From assembly GCA_036561685.1 (NCBI GenBank), contig DATBOX010000162.1, forward strand, positions 1 through 55,533: DNA of 55,533 bases, given 5' to 3'. The position numbers were made by a program, and so were the translations under genes. Positions 33,074 through 41,567 of the stretch are shown one piece after another (position 1 is the first letter of the stretch; the number at the start of each line of letters is the position of its first letter). Source of the stretch: Candidatus Limnocylindrales bacterium (GTDB taxonomy: Bacteria; Chloroflexota; Limnocylindria; Limnocylindrales; CSP1-4). The notes beneath the pieces are model-generated. The model worked only from the letters and a program-made list of their open reading frames with translations, was not told the DNA's origin and did no database searches.

Positions 33074-33715
33074 ATGGCCGTGCGTGTTGACCTGAACATC
33101 TCGTTGGACGGTTTCGCGACGACGACCGACCAGACGCCCGAGGACCCGTTCGGGCCCGACTGGGCGCGGCTGGTGGAGGCCTATGTCGCGACCCGTACGT
33201 TCCGCGCCCGGGTGCTGCACGAGACGTCCGGCGAGGGCACGATTGGCGTCGACGACCAGTACGCGCAGGCGTACTTCGCCGAGGTCGGGGCGGAGATCAT
33301 GGGGGCCGGCATGTTCGGGCTCCACGCCGCCGGGGACGATCCGGACTGGCGCGGCTGGTGGGGCGACGAGCCTCCGTTCCACGTCCCGGTGTTCGTGCTG
33401 ACCCACAGGCCACGACCGGTGCTCGAGATGGCGGGCGGCACGACGTTCCACTTCCTCGCCGCGACACCGCGCGAGGCGCTCGACCGCGCGTCAGGGGCCG
33501 CGGGCGGCAAGGATGTGCGGATCGGCGGCGGCGCGACCGTAGCGCGCGAGTTCCTCAGGGCCGGACTCGTCGACCGGCTGCACGTCGCGATCGCCCCGAT
33601 CCTGCTCGGCCGGGGCGTCCGGCTGTGGGACGACCTCCGCGGGTTCGAGGACGGCTACAGCGTGACGTCGGAGGTCGCCCCGAGCGGGACGACCCACCTG
33701 ACCTTCTCGCGCTGA
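33074..33715 (+). CDS. Dihydrofolate-reductase-like (RibD C-terminal domain) family protein
   Basis: 213 aa. VDLNISLDGFATT, the VFVLTH..P-type core, GGGATVAREFLRAGLVDRLHVAIAPILLGRG and RLWD are present. GGAGGA lies 5 nt upstream of the ATG. Confidence 0.85.
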   Translation: MAVRVDLNISLDGFATTTDQTPEDPFGPDWARLVEAYVATRTFRARVLHETSGEGTIGVDDQYAQAYFAEVGAEIMGAGMFGLHAAGDDPDWRGWWGDEPPFHVPVFVLTHRPRPVLEMAGGTTFHFLAATPREALDRASGAAGGKDVRIGGGATVAREFLRAGLVDRLHVAIAPILLGRGVRLWDDLRGFEDGYSVTSEVAPSGTTHLTFSR

Positions 33716-33822
33716 AGCCCCGACCGGGCGTCCCGCCCGTCCCGGCAGGCCGTTCGGCCCTGTGCGGGCGCGGCGGGGCGACGCTACGATCGGTCGACCG
33801 TCGGGGCGTCCGGCGGCGATCC

Positions 33823-34752
33823 ATGACACGCGATCGGAGCACGCCGATGGTCGTCCTGGAACGAGCGCCGATCCCCGCCCTGCCGCCGGAGCACGCCTTG
33901 ATCACCGTGCGGGAGGCGGCCGAGGCCGACTGGCGCGAGTGCGGGCGCATCTGCTACGAGGCCTTCGCCACCCTCGCCAACCGCCATGGCTTCCCGCCCG
34001 ACTTCCCGACCGTGGAGGCGGCATCCGAACCGATCCGCCACCTCATCGAGCACCCCCGGATCCACGGCGTGGTCGCCGAGTGCGACGGCCGGATCCTGGG
34101 CAGCAGCTTCCTGGACGAGCGATCCCTGATCTCGGCCATCGGCCCGGTCAGCGTCGACCCGACGGCCCAGGACGACGGCGTCGGCCGCCTGCTGATGGAA
34201 GCAATGCTCGAGCGCGTCGCCGTCCGCCACGCCCCCGGCGTGCGGCTGGTCCAGATCGCGTACCACAACCGGTCCCTCTGCCTGTACACGAAGCTGGGCT
34301 TCGACGTGCGCGCCACATTCGCCGCGCTGCACGGCGAACCGCTCGGGCTGACGATGCCGGGCTACCGCGTTCGCCGCGCCTACCCCGACGACCTGGCGGC
34401 GTGCGACGCGCTGTGCGTCCGCGTCCACGGCCACGACCGCTCCGGCGAACTCGGGGAGGCCGTCGCGAGCGGCACGGCGCGCGTCGTCGAGCACCTCGGG
34501 CGCATCACCGGCTATACCGCCGGCATCGACTACTGGGACCACTCGGTGGCCGAGACGACCCGCGACCTGCAGGCGCTCGTCGGCGCGGCCGAGGACTTCG
34601 GCACGCCGGGCTTCCTCGTGCCGCTCGACGATGGTGAGCTCTTCCGATGGAGCCTGGCCCACGGGCTGCGCGTCTACTTCGTGACCACGCTCATGACCCG
34701 CGGCATCTACCAGGAGCCGCGCGGCGCCTACATGCCGTCGGTGGGCTACTGA
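33823..34752 (+). CDS. GNAT-family N-acetyltransferase (two-lobed, second lobe degenerate)
   Basis: 309 aa from ATG 33823 (in frame within track ORF 33358..34752). An alternative start is Met at 33847. Acetyl-CoA motif A reads VDPTAQDDGVGRLLMEAM, followed by LYTKLGF. Confidence 0.75.
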   Translation: MTRDRSTPMVVLERAPIPALPPEHALITVREAAEADWRECGRICYEAFATLANRHGFPPDFPTVEAASEPIRHLIEHPRIHGVVAECDGRILGSSFLDERSLISAIGPVSVDPTAQDDGVGRLLMEAMLERVAVRHAPGVRLVQIAYHNRSLCLYTKLGFDVRATFAALHGEPLGLTMPGYRVRRAYPDDLAACDALCVRVHGHDRSGELGEAVASGTARVVEHLGRITGYTAGIDYWDHSVAETTRDLQALVGAAEDFGTPGFLVPLDDGELFRWSLAHGLRVYFVTTLMTRGIYQEPRGAYMPSVGY

Positions 34753-34814
34753 ACCGGCCGGGGCCGAGCTCGGCCGGATCGGCCGAGCCGCGGGTCGTCA
34801 CCGTCCTTGGCCCC

Positions 34815-35732
34815 ATGCCCGCTCGCGCCATGGGGACCGTCGACGCCCACGAGCACCTGTTCATCGCCTCGCCGGCGATGCGGGGCGGCGAGATCCAGGA
34901 CACGGGGCGCGTCCTCCAGGAGATCCGCGACGGGCAGGCGAGCGGCCTCACCGCGTTCGTCGAGCTGACCCCCATCGGCCTGGGGCGCCGGCCCGAGCTC
35001 ATGCGGCGGGTCGCCGCGGAGACCGGCGCCGTGGTCATCGGCGCGACGGGCTACCACCGCGACGAGCACTACCCGCCGGGCCACTGGGTCCACGAGGCGA
35101 CCACGGACCTGCTGGCCCAGCGGATCGTCGCCGACCTGCGCGACGGGATGCACCCCCACGACTGGGAAGGTGACGCCCCGCCGGACCTGGCACGGGCCGG
35201 GGTGATCAAGGTCGGCGCGTCGTACCAGCACGTCTCGGCCGGCGAACGCCGGCGGCTCGAGGCGGCCGCCATCGGCAGCGCCACCTGCGGGGCGGCCATC
35301 GTCGTCCACACGGAGATCGGCACGTTCGGCCACGAGATCATCGACATCCTCGAGGCGGCCGGCGCCTCGCCACACCGCATCGTCCTGGCGCACCTGGACC
35401 GCAACCCGGACCTGGAGCTCCACACCGAGATCGTGGCCCGCGGCACAAGCCTGGTCTACGACACGATCGGGCGGATCAAGTACCGCCCCGACAGCATCCT
35501 GCTGGATCTCATGGAGGGGATGCTGGCGGCTGGTCACGGCGCCCGGCTCATGGTCGGCCTGGACCTCGGCCGGAACGACTACTACCGCGCCTACGGCGGC
35601 GGGCCCGGCCTCCGCACGCTGATGACCTCGTTCGTGCCGCGCCTCCGGCGGCGCATCGGCGACGAGGCGACGGAGGCCATCCTGCGGGCCAACCCGGCGC
35701 GCATCTTCGCCATCGCCGGGGAGCCGGCGTGA
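34815..35732 (+). CDS. Phosphotriesterase-family (PTE/Php-like) amidohydrolase-fold protein
   Basis: 305 aa from the first canonical start (ATG 34815). MGTVDAHEHLF (HxH), VIKVGAS, VHTE and LAHLD are present. Family similarity (TVLGPM....G) continues upstream of this ATG, so the true start may be the CTG at 34749 (see findings). Confidence 0.8.
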   Translation: MPARAMGTVDAHEHLFIASPAMRGGEIQDTGRVLQEIRDGQASGLTAFVELTPIGLGRRPELMRRVAAETGAVVIGATGYHRDEHYPPGHWVHEATTDLLAQRIVADLRDGMHPHDWEGDAPPDLARAGVIKVGASYQHVSAGERRRLEAAAIGSATCGAAIVVHTEIGTFGHEIIDILEAAGASPHRIVLAHLDRNPDLELHTEIVARGTSLVYDTIGRIKYRPDSILLDLMEGMLAAGHGARLMVGLDLGRNDYYRAYGGGPGLRTLMTSFVPRLRRRIGDEATEAILRANPARIFAIAGEPA

Positions 35733-37036
35733 TGACCGCCGAGGAGCGCTTCGACGTCGTGGTGGTGGGTGCCGGCGCGGCCGGCTCGAGCGCCGCCATC
35801 TGCGCCGCGCGGGCCGGGGCGCGCACGCTGCTCATCGACCGCCTGGCGTTCATGGGCGGCACGTCGACGGCGGTCCTTGACACCTTCTACGCCTTCTACA
35901 CGCCCGGCGCCGCGCCACGCCGCGACGTGGGGGGGCTGGGCTGGGAGGTCGTGTCTCGGCTGACGCAGGACGGGGCAGCCTTCGAGCGGCCGAACACGTA
36001 CGGCGCCGGGACCGGCGTGACCTACGACCCCGAGGCCCTCAAGATCGTCTGGGAGGCGCTGGCGGCCGAGGCGGGCGTGGACCTGCTGCTGCACGCATGG
36101 GCCACCGGCGTACGGGTCCGTGACGGCCGAGTGGAGGCGGTGCGAACCTGGAGCAAGGGCGGCGAACGGTGGTTCGCGGGAGGCGCCCTCGTCGACGCCT
36201 CCGGCGACGCGGACGTCTCGGCGATGGCCGGCGCCGGCTACGACGATGCGCGGACCACGCCGGCGACCCAGGCGCTCTCGACGCTGTTCAAGCTGGCCAA
36301 CGTCGACGTCGCACGGGCCTCCGCGGTGCCCAAGTCCGTCCTATGGGAGCTGATGCGCGAGGCCGCCGCGACGGGCGACTACCAGCTGCCGCGGCTCGAG
36401 GGCTCATGGCACCGCACGCCCCACCCGGGGGTCGTGATGGTCCACATGACGCGCATCCCGCACGTCGACGCGACCGATCCGGTGGCCCTCACCCACGCCG
36501 AGATCGAGGGCCGGCGCCAGGTGCGCGAATACCACCGTTTCCTGCGCGACCGCGTGCCGGGCTTCGAGCAGGCCGTGGTGGTGGCCACGTCGCCGGCCAT
36601 CGGGGTGCGCGAGAGCCGCCGGGTCCTCGGCGACTATCGCCTGACTCGCGACGACGTCCTCGCCGCGCGCCGCTTCCCCGACGAGGTCGCCCTGTGCGGT
36701 GCGCCCATCGAGGATCACGGCGACGGTGGAGGCACGACGTGGGAGTACGTCGCGGCAGGCGGCGTGTACGGCATCCCCTACGGCACGCTCCTGCCGGCCG
36801 GCCTGGAGGGCCTCCTCGTGGCGGGGCGATGCTTCTCGGCGACCCACGACGCCCACGCCTCGGCGCGGTCGATGGCGACCTGCATGGCGATGGGCCAGGC
36901 GGCCGGCACCGCGGCGGCCCTGGCCGTGGCGGGGGGCAGCACGCCGCGGGCGGTCGCGGCGGCCGACCTCCGGGCACGGCTGGGCCGCGACGGCGCGCTC
37001 CTCGAACCGGTCGACGCGGCGGAGGTCAGGGCATGA
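35729..37036 (+). CDS. FAD-dependent oxidoreductase (FAD_oxidored/GIDA-like fold)
   Basis: 435 aa. FDVVVVGAGAAGSSAAICAARAGARTLLIDR is a dinucleotide-binding motif. The start overlaps the previous stop. Confidence 0.85.
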   Translation: MMTAEERFDVVVVGAGAAGSSAAICAARAGARTLLIDRLAFMGGTSTAVLDTFYAFYTPGAAPRRDVGGLGWEVVSRLTQDGAAFERPNTYGAGTGVTYDPEALKIVWEALAAEAGVDLLLHAWATGVRVRDGRVEAVRTWSKGGERWFAGGALVDASGDADVSAMAGAGYDDARTTPATQALSTLFKLANVDVARASAVPKSVLWELMREAAATGDYQLPRLEGSWHRTPHPGVVMVHMTRIPHVDATDPVALTHAEIEGRRQVREYHRFLRDRVPGFEQAVVVATSPAIGVRESRRVLGDYRLTRDDVLAARRFPDEVALCGAPIEDHGDGGGTTWEYVAAGGVYGIPYGTLLPAGLEGLLVAGRCFSATHDAHASARSMATCMAMGQAAGTAAALAVAGGSTPRAVAAADLRARLGRDGALLEPVDAAEVRA

Positions 37037-37845
37037 GCGCCCCCTCCAGAGGCCGTTTCGCCGGCCGGACGTGCCTCATCACCGGGTCGACGGGGATGGG
37101 CGGGTCGGCGGCGCGCGCGATCGCCGCCGAGGGCGGCACCGTCTTCGTCGTGTCGCGCACGCCGGGGCACGCCGAGGCGCTGGCCCGCCAGATCAGGGCC
37201 GAGGGCGGCAAGGCCGCGTGGCACACGGCGGACGTGTCCGTGGAGGCGGAGGTCGAGGCGGCGGTCGCCGCCTGCCTGGAGCTCACCGGCCGTCTCGACG
37301 CGGTCTACAGCGCGGCGGGCATCAGCGGCCGCCGGTTCGGCGACGGGCCCCTCGACACGGCGACCCTCGAGGGCTGGGAGACGGTCATGCGGACGAACGC
37401 GACGAGCCAGTTCCTGGTCTGTCGCGCGGCCATCCGGCGCATGCTGGTCCAGGAGCCGGACGAGGTCGGCGCTCGCGGCGCGGTCCTGACGATGTCGAGC
37501 ACGCTCGCCACGCGCCCCGGCCCCCGCCACTTCGCGACCCATGCCTATGCCGCCAGCAAGGGCGCCATCGAGGGCCTCACCCGTGCCGCGGCGGCGTACT
37601 ACGCCCCGCACGGCATCCGCGTCAATGCCATCGCGCCCGGCCTCGTCGCGACCCCGATGAGCCGGCGGGCCCAGGAGGACCCCACGATCCGGGCTTACCT
37701 GGCGCGCAAGCAGCCCCTGGCCGGCGGCCCGGTCACCGCCGATGCCGTCACGCGTGCGGCCCTCTTCCTGCTGAGCGACGAGGCGAGCATGGTGACGGGC
37801 CAGGTGATCGCCGTGGACGGCGGCTGGAGCGTCAGCGAGGGCTGA
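37033..37845 (+). CDS. SDR-family oxidoreductase
   Basis: 270 aa from ATG 37033, which overlaps the previous stop (ATGA). Motifs: ITGSTGMGGSAA and YAASKGA. Confidence 0.9.
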   Translation: MSAPSRGRFAGRTCLITGSTGMGGSAARAIAAEGGTVFVVSRTPGHAEALARQIRAEGGKAAWHTADVSVEAEVEAAVAACLELTGRLDAVYSAAGISGRRFGDGPLDTATLEGWETVMRTNATSQFLVCRAAIRRMLVQEPDEVGARGAVLTMSSTLATRPGPRHFATHAYAASKGAIEGLTRAAAAYYAPHGIRVNAIAPGLVATPMSRRAQEDPTIRAYLARKQPLAGGPVTADAVTRAALFLLSDEASMVTGQVIAVDGGWSVSEG

Positions 37846-37860
37846 ACCGGTAAGGCGCGG

Positions 37861-38598
37861 TCAGGCTGCGCCGGCGCGCCCGTCGTCCACCTCGAAGCGG
37901 ACGTCAAGGGCGTACCGCTCGCCCGGGTAGCGCGATTCGGTCGCCTCGACGGGCCGGCCGTGGACATCCAGGATGACGCGGCGCTCGACCAGCAGGGCGT
38001 CGCCCTCGGCCACGCCGAGCAGGCGCGCGTCATCCGGGGTCGCCGCCTCCGCGGTGATCGTGGCGTGGCCGCGCCGGAGGTGCAGGCCGGCGCCGGCGAG
38101 GGCCTCGTGCAGGGACCCCTTTTCCAGGTCCGCGGCCATGACGATGTCCGACGTGCGGCGCACCAGGACCGCCGTCTCGACCGCCGTGGCCACCCCGTCC
38201 ACCTTGCGGATGCGACGGACCGTCACCACCGGCTCGGCGGGGCGGATCTGCAGCGCGCTGGCCTCGCCGTCGGTGGCCGGCCGGATCTCGCGGGCCAGGA
38301 GACGGGAGCTCGGCACACGGCCCTGGCGCCGCATCTCGTGGGTGAAGGCGAGCAGCCGGTCGGCGTAGCGGTGCGAGGGCGGCTCGACCACGAACGAGCC
38401 AAGGCCGGGGATGCGCTGGACCAGGCCGTCCTCGGCGAGGCGCTGCATCGCGTTGCGGGCGGTCATGCGGCTCACCCCGAACTCGCGGCACAGGTCGCTG
38501 TCCGACGGCAGGCGGTCACCGGGGTGCATCGTGCGCAGCCGCGCCCGCAGGTCCAGCTCGATCGAGCGGTAGGTGGGCGTCCAGGCCAGGCGCGTCAT
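37861..38598 (-). CDS. GntR-family transcriptional regulator (HutC/UTRA subfamily)
   Basis: 245 aa from ATG 38596-38598, which overlaps the ROK stop (ATGA). It has the wHTH LPSDSDLCREFGVSRMTARNAMQRLAEDGLVQR followed by a UTRA-like C-domain. Confidence 0.9.
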   Translation of the reverse strand: MTRLAWTPTYRSIELDLRARLRTMHPGDRLPSDSDLCREFGVSRMTARNAMQRLAEDGLVQRIPGLGSFVVEPPSHRYADRLLAFTHEMRRQGRVPSSRLLAREIRPATDGEASALQIRPAEPVVTVRRIRKVDGVATAVETAVLVRRTSDIVMAADLEKGSLHEALAGAGLHLRRGHATITAEAATPDDARLLGVAEGDALLVERRVILDVHGRPVEATESRYPGERYALDVRFEVDDGRAGAA

Positions 38599-39512
38599 GC
38601 CGCCGCCGCCCGCTCGGCGCCGTGCACCGCGGCGCCGATGGCGCCGGCCCAGATGCCGAGCTCGGCCCGCAGGAGGGCCACGTCCGCGACCGACGTGGTC
38701 CTGACGCGGCGCGCGATCTCGGCGCGGATCGGCCCGAAGAGCAGCTCGCCGGCGGCGGCCACGCCGCCGCCCAGGATGACGCGATCGGGGGAGATGACCG
38801 TGATCACGTTGGCGATGCCGATGCCCAGGTAGCGGCCCACATCGGCCAGGCCCGCCCGGGCCCGCTCGTTGCCCGCCTCCGCTGCGCGGACCGCCTCCTC
38901 GGCGGTCGCCGTGCCACAGGCCGCGGCGATCTGGTCGGCTCGCGCGAAGGCCTCCAGGCAGCCCCGGTTGCCGCAGTGGCACCACGGGCCGTCGGGGTCG
39001 ATCGTCTGGTGGCCGATCTCGCCGGCCGTGCCGTCGTGGCCTTCGTGGACCCGCCCGTCGATGGCGAAGACGCCGCCCACCCCCGTGCCCAGGGTCAGGC
39101 CGACCATCGACGAGGCACCGCGGCCGGCGCCCAGGTTGAGCTCGGCCAGGCCGAACGCCCGCGCGTCGTTGATGAGGAACGCCGGGAGACCCACCGCGTC
39201 ACCCACCGGGCCGGCCACGGGATGCCCGGCCCACGGGCCGGGCACGTTGACGAGGAAGCGCGTGCAGCCGGTGGCCGGGTCGTACAGGCCTGGCACCCCG
39301 ATGCCCACGCTGCGCACCGGGCCCCACGCGCCGATGGCGGTGGCGGCGACCTCCCCCAGCTGGGCCACGACCGAGGCCGGTACTGCATCGGTGTCAGCCA
39401 CGACCCGCGTCGCGACCTGGCCCGTGGCGACCGTCGTCCAGGTGCCAGCGGCGTGCGCCACGACGGCCCACTTGAGGTTCGTGGCGCCGAGATCGAGGCC
39501 CAGGTGGCGGAT
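38595..39512 (-). CDS. ROK-family protein (sugar kinase or regulator)
   Basis: The track ORF begins at GTG 39461. However, the in-frame upstream sequence encodes the ASKHA phosphate-1 motif (IRHLGLDLGATNLKWAVV), so I extend to the ATC at 39510-39512. That start is non-canonical and uncertain; the minimum CDS is 38595..39461. The ROK Zn motif GHQTIDPDGPWCHCGNRGCLE is present. Confidence 0.75.
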   Translation of the reverse strand: MRHLGLDLGATNLKWAVVAHAAGTWTTVATGQVATRVVADTDAVPASVVAQLGEVAATAIGAWGPVRSVGIGVPGLYDPATGCTRFLVNVPGPWAGHPVAGPVGDAVGLPAFLINDARAFGLAELNLGAGRGASSMVGLTLGTGVGGVFAIDGRVHEGHDGTAGEIGHQTIDPDGPWCHCGNRGCLEAFARADQIAAACGTATAEEAVRAAEAGNERARAGLADVGRYLGIGIANVITVISPDRVILGGGVAAAGELLFGPIRAEIARRVRTTSVADVALLRAELGIWAGAIGAAVHGAERAAAA

Positions 39513-39558
39513 CTCGACCCCTTTGCTCTTCGTCTGGATCGCCTCCCCCCTACGACCC

Positions 39559-40554
39559 TCAGGCTTCGGCGGTGACGCGGGTGTAGGCGGCGGCCACGAG
39601 CACGACGATCGAGCCGAACACGATCTGGCGCCACGGCTCGGGCAGGATGATGCTCAGGTACCCGGTCAGCACGGTCAGGATGAGTGCACCGACGATCGTG
39701 CCCGAGTAGCCGCCCCGGCCGCCCAGGATGGATGTCCCGCCGATGACCGCCGCGGCCACCGACGGCAGCAGGTACGGCACGACGAGCGTGACGCTGGCAG
39801 TGTTCGAGAGGCCCGACTGGAGCAGTCCGGCGATGCCGGCCAGCAGGGCCGAGATGACGTACAGCACGACCAGGACCTGCCAGGAGCGCACGCCGGACAG
39901 GCGCGCCGCGACCGGGTTGTCGCCGACGGCGTACAGCATCCGGCCGTAGCCGGTCCGTCTCAGGAGCACGAGCAGCACGATCGCGATCGGCACGAAGACG
40001 ACCAAGTTGTAGGGGATCAGATCGCCCGCCAGACTCGAGCCCACGGTCCGCAGCTCGCTCGGCACCCCCGACCCGGTCTGCACGTTCTGCAGCTGCCAGA
40101 CGTTCGAGAAGCCATACACGATCAGGCCCATGCCCAGGGTCATGATCAGCGGGTGGACGCGGAACACGCCGACGCCGACGCCGTTGACCAGCCCCGCCAG
40201 CGCGGCGGCCGCGAGGGCGACGGTGATGCCGAGGACCCAGCCGCCCGGCTGGTGGACGAACGTGGCGGTGACGAAGCCCGACATCGACGCGACGTAGGCG
40301 ACCGACAGGTCGATGCCGCCGGTCAGCATCGTCAGCGTCTGGCAACCGGCCAGGATGGCCAGCACGACCGCCTGGCGGATGTTGACGGCCGCCCAGCCCG
40401 CATTCACCGTGCCCGGCTGGGTCAGCTGGACGACGACGACGAGCAGGACCAGGAGGATGACCAGCGGGACGACCGGGTAGTCGCGCGGCAGGTTGCGCCA
40501 GACGGCGGGCCGCCACCAGGCCTGAGGGGTGACGGTGTCGGTGGCCGCGGTCAC
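39559..40554 (-). CDS. Sugar ABC transporter permease (RbsC/AraH type)
   Basis: 331 aa, multi-span hydrophobic, with LTGGIDLSV. The GTG overlaps the upstream stop (GTGA). Confidence 0.9.
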   Translation of the reverse strand: MTAATDTVTPQAWWRPAVWRNLPRDYPVVPLVILLVLLVVVVQLTQPGTVNAGWAAVNIRQAVVLAILAGCQTLTMLTGGIDLSVAYVASMSGFVTATFVHQPGGWVLGITVALAAAALAGLVNGVGVGVFRVHPLIMTLGMGLIVYGFSNVWQLQNVQTGSGVPSELRTVGSSLAGDLIPYNLVVFVPIAIVLLVLLRRTGYGRMLYAVGDNPVAARLSGVRSWQVLVVLYVISALLAGIAGLLQSGLSNTASVTLVVPYLLPSVAAAVIGGTSILGGRGGYSGTIVGALILTVLTGYLSIILPEPWRQIVFGSIVVLVAAAYTRVTAEA

Positions 40555-41567
40555 GTGCGTCTCCTCCGCATCTGGATGAGGCTGCCGGCCATCAGCACCC
40601 CGATGAGGATGAAGCCCTGCGCGACGAGCCCGTAGTTGGAATCGACGTGCATGAACGTCATGTCGTCACGGATCAGCTGGAGGACGACCACGGCGACGAG
40701 CGGGCCGAAGACGCCCCCGACGCCACCGGCCAGGCTGACCCCGCCGAGCACGACCGCACCGATGCTGACCAGCGTGTAGGTCGGCTCCGGGACGGGCGAT
40801 CCGATCCCGGTGCTGGCCGTCAGGGACAGCCCGGCGAAGGCCGCGATGAAGCCGGTGATGATGTATGAGAGGAGCTTCGTGCGGTTGACCGGCACCCCAC
40901 TGCGGAAGGCGGCCAGGCGATTGCTGCCGATCGCGTACAGCGACAGGCCAAGCCGGGCCCGCGACAGCGGGATCCAGATGACGGCGACGATGACGACGAG
41001 GAGGACCGCCGCCTTGGGCACGAAGTCGACGCCCGGGATGAGGGGGCCGACGACCAGGTCCTTCAGCCACCCCGCGGCGCTGCCGCCGGGCGCCGGTCGC
41101 ACGAGCAGGGCGAAGCCGGCCCAGACGAACGAGGTCGCCAGCGTCACCACGATATCGGGCACCCTGGTGACCACCACGAGCCCGCCGTTGATGGCCCCCA
41201 ACAGCATCCCCAGCAGGAGCACGCCGATGACGATCGCCACGGCCGTCCCGTCGCCCGGATTTTCCTTCATGAGGGTCGCGGCGACGCAGCTGGTGAGCGC
41301 CATCTGGGCGCTGACGGACAGGTCGATGCCGCCGGAGATGACGACGACCGCCTGGGCCACGGCGGCCAGGGCCAGCGGCAGCACCGCGGTCGCCGTGCTG
41401 GCGAGGCTCTTGAGGTCGTAGTTGTGGTTGACGAACTTGGTGAAGAGGAGCAGCACCGCGAGGAAGACGAGGAGGCCCAGCGTCCAGGCGTGGTCGCGGC
41501 CGAACGAGCCCAGCGAGTCCGCGGCTCTCGACCGCGGCCGGCCGATGCTGGCGGCAGGTGCGCTCAT
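40551..41567 (-). CDS. Sugar ABC transporter permease (RbsC/AraH type)
   Basis: 338 aa with ISGGIDLSV. The ATG overlaps the ATPase stop (ATGA). Confidence 0.9.
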   Translation of the reverse strand: MSAPAASIGRPRSRAADSLGSFGRDHAWTLGLLVFLAVLLLFTKFVNHNYDLKSLASTATAVLPLALAAVAQAVVVISGGIDLSVSAQMALTSCVAATLMKENPGDGTAVAIVIGVLLLGMLLGAINGGLVVVTRVPDIVVTLATSFVWAGFALLVRPAPGGSAAGWLKDLVVGPLIPGVDFVPKAAVLLVVIVAVIWIPLSRARLGLSLYAIGSNRLAAFRSGVPVNRTKLLSYIITGFIAAFAGLSLTASTGIGSPVPEPTYTLVSIGAVVLGGVSLAGGVGGVFGPLVAVVVLQLIRDDMTFMHVDSNYGLVAQGFILIGVLMAGSLIQMRRRRT

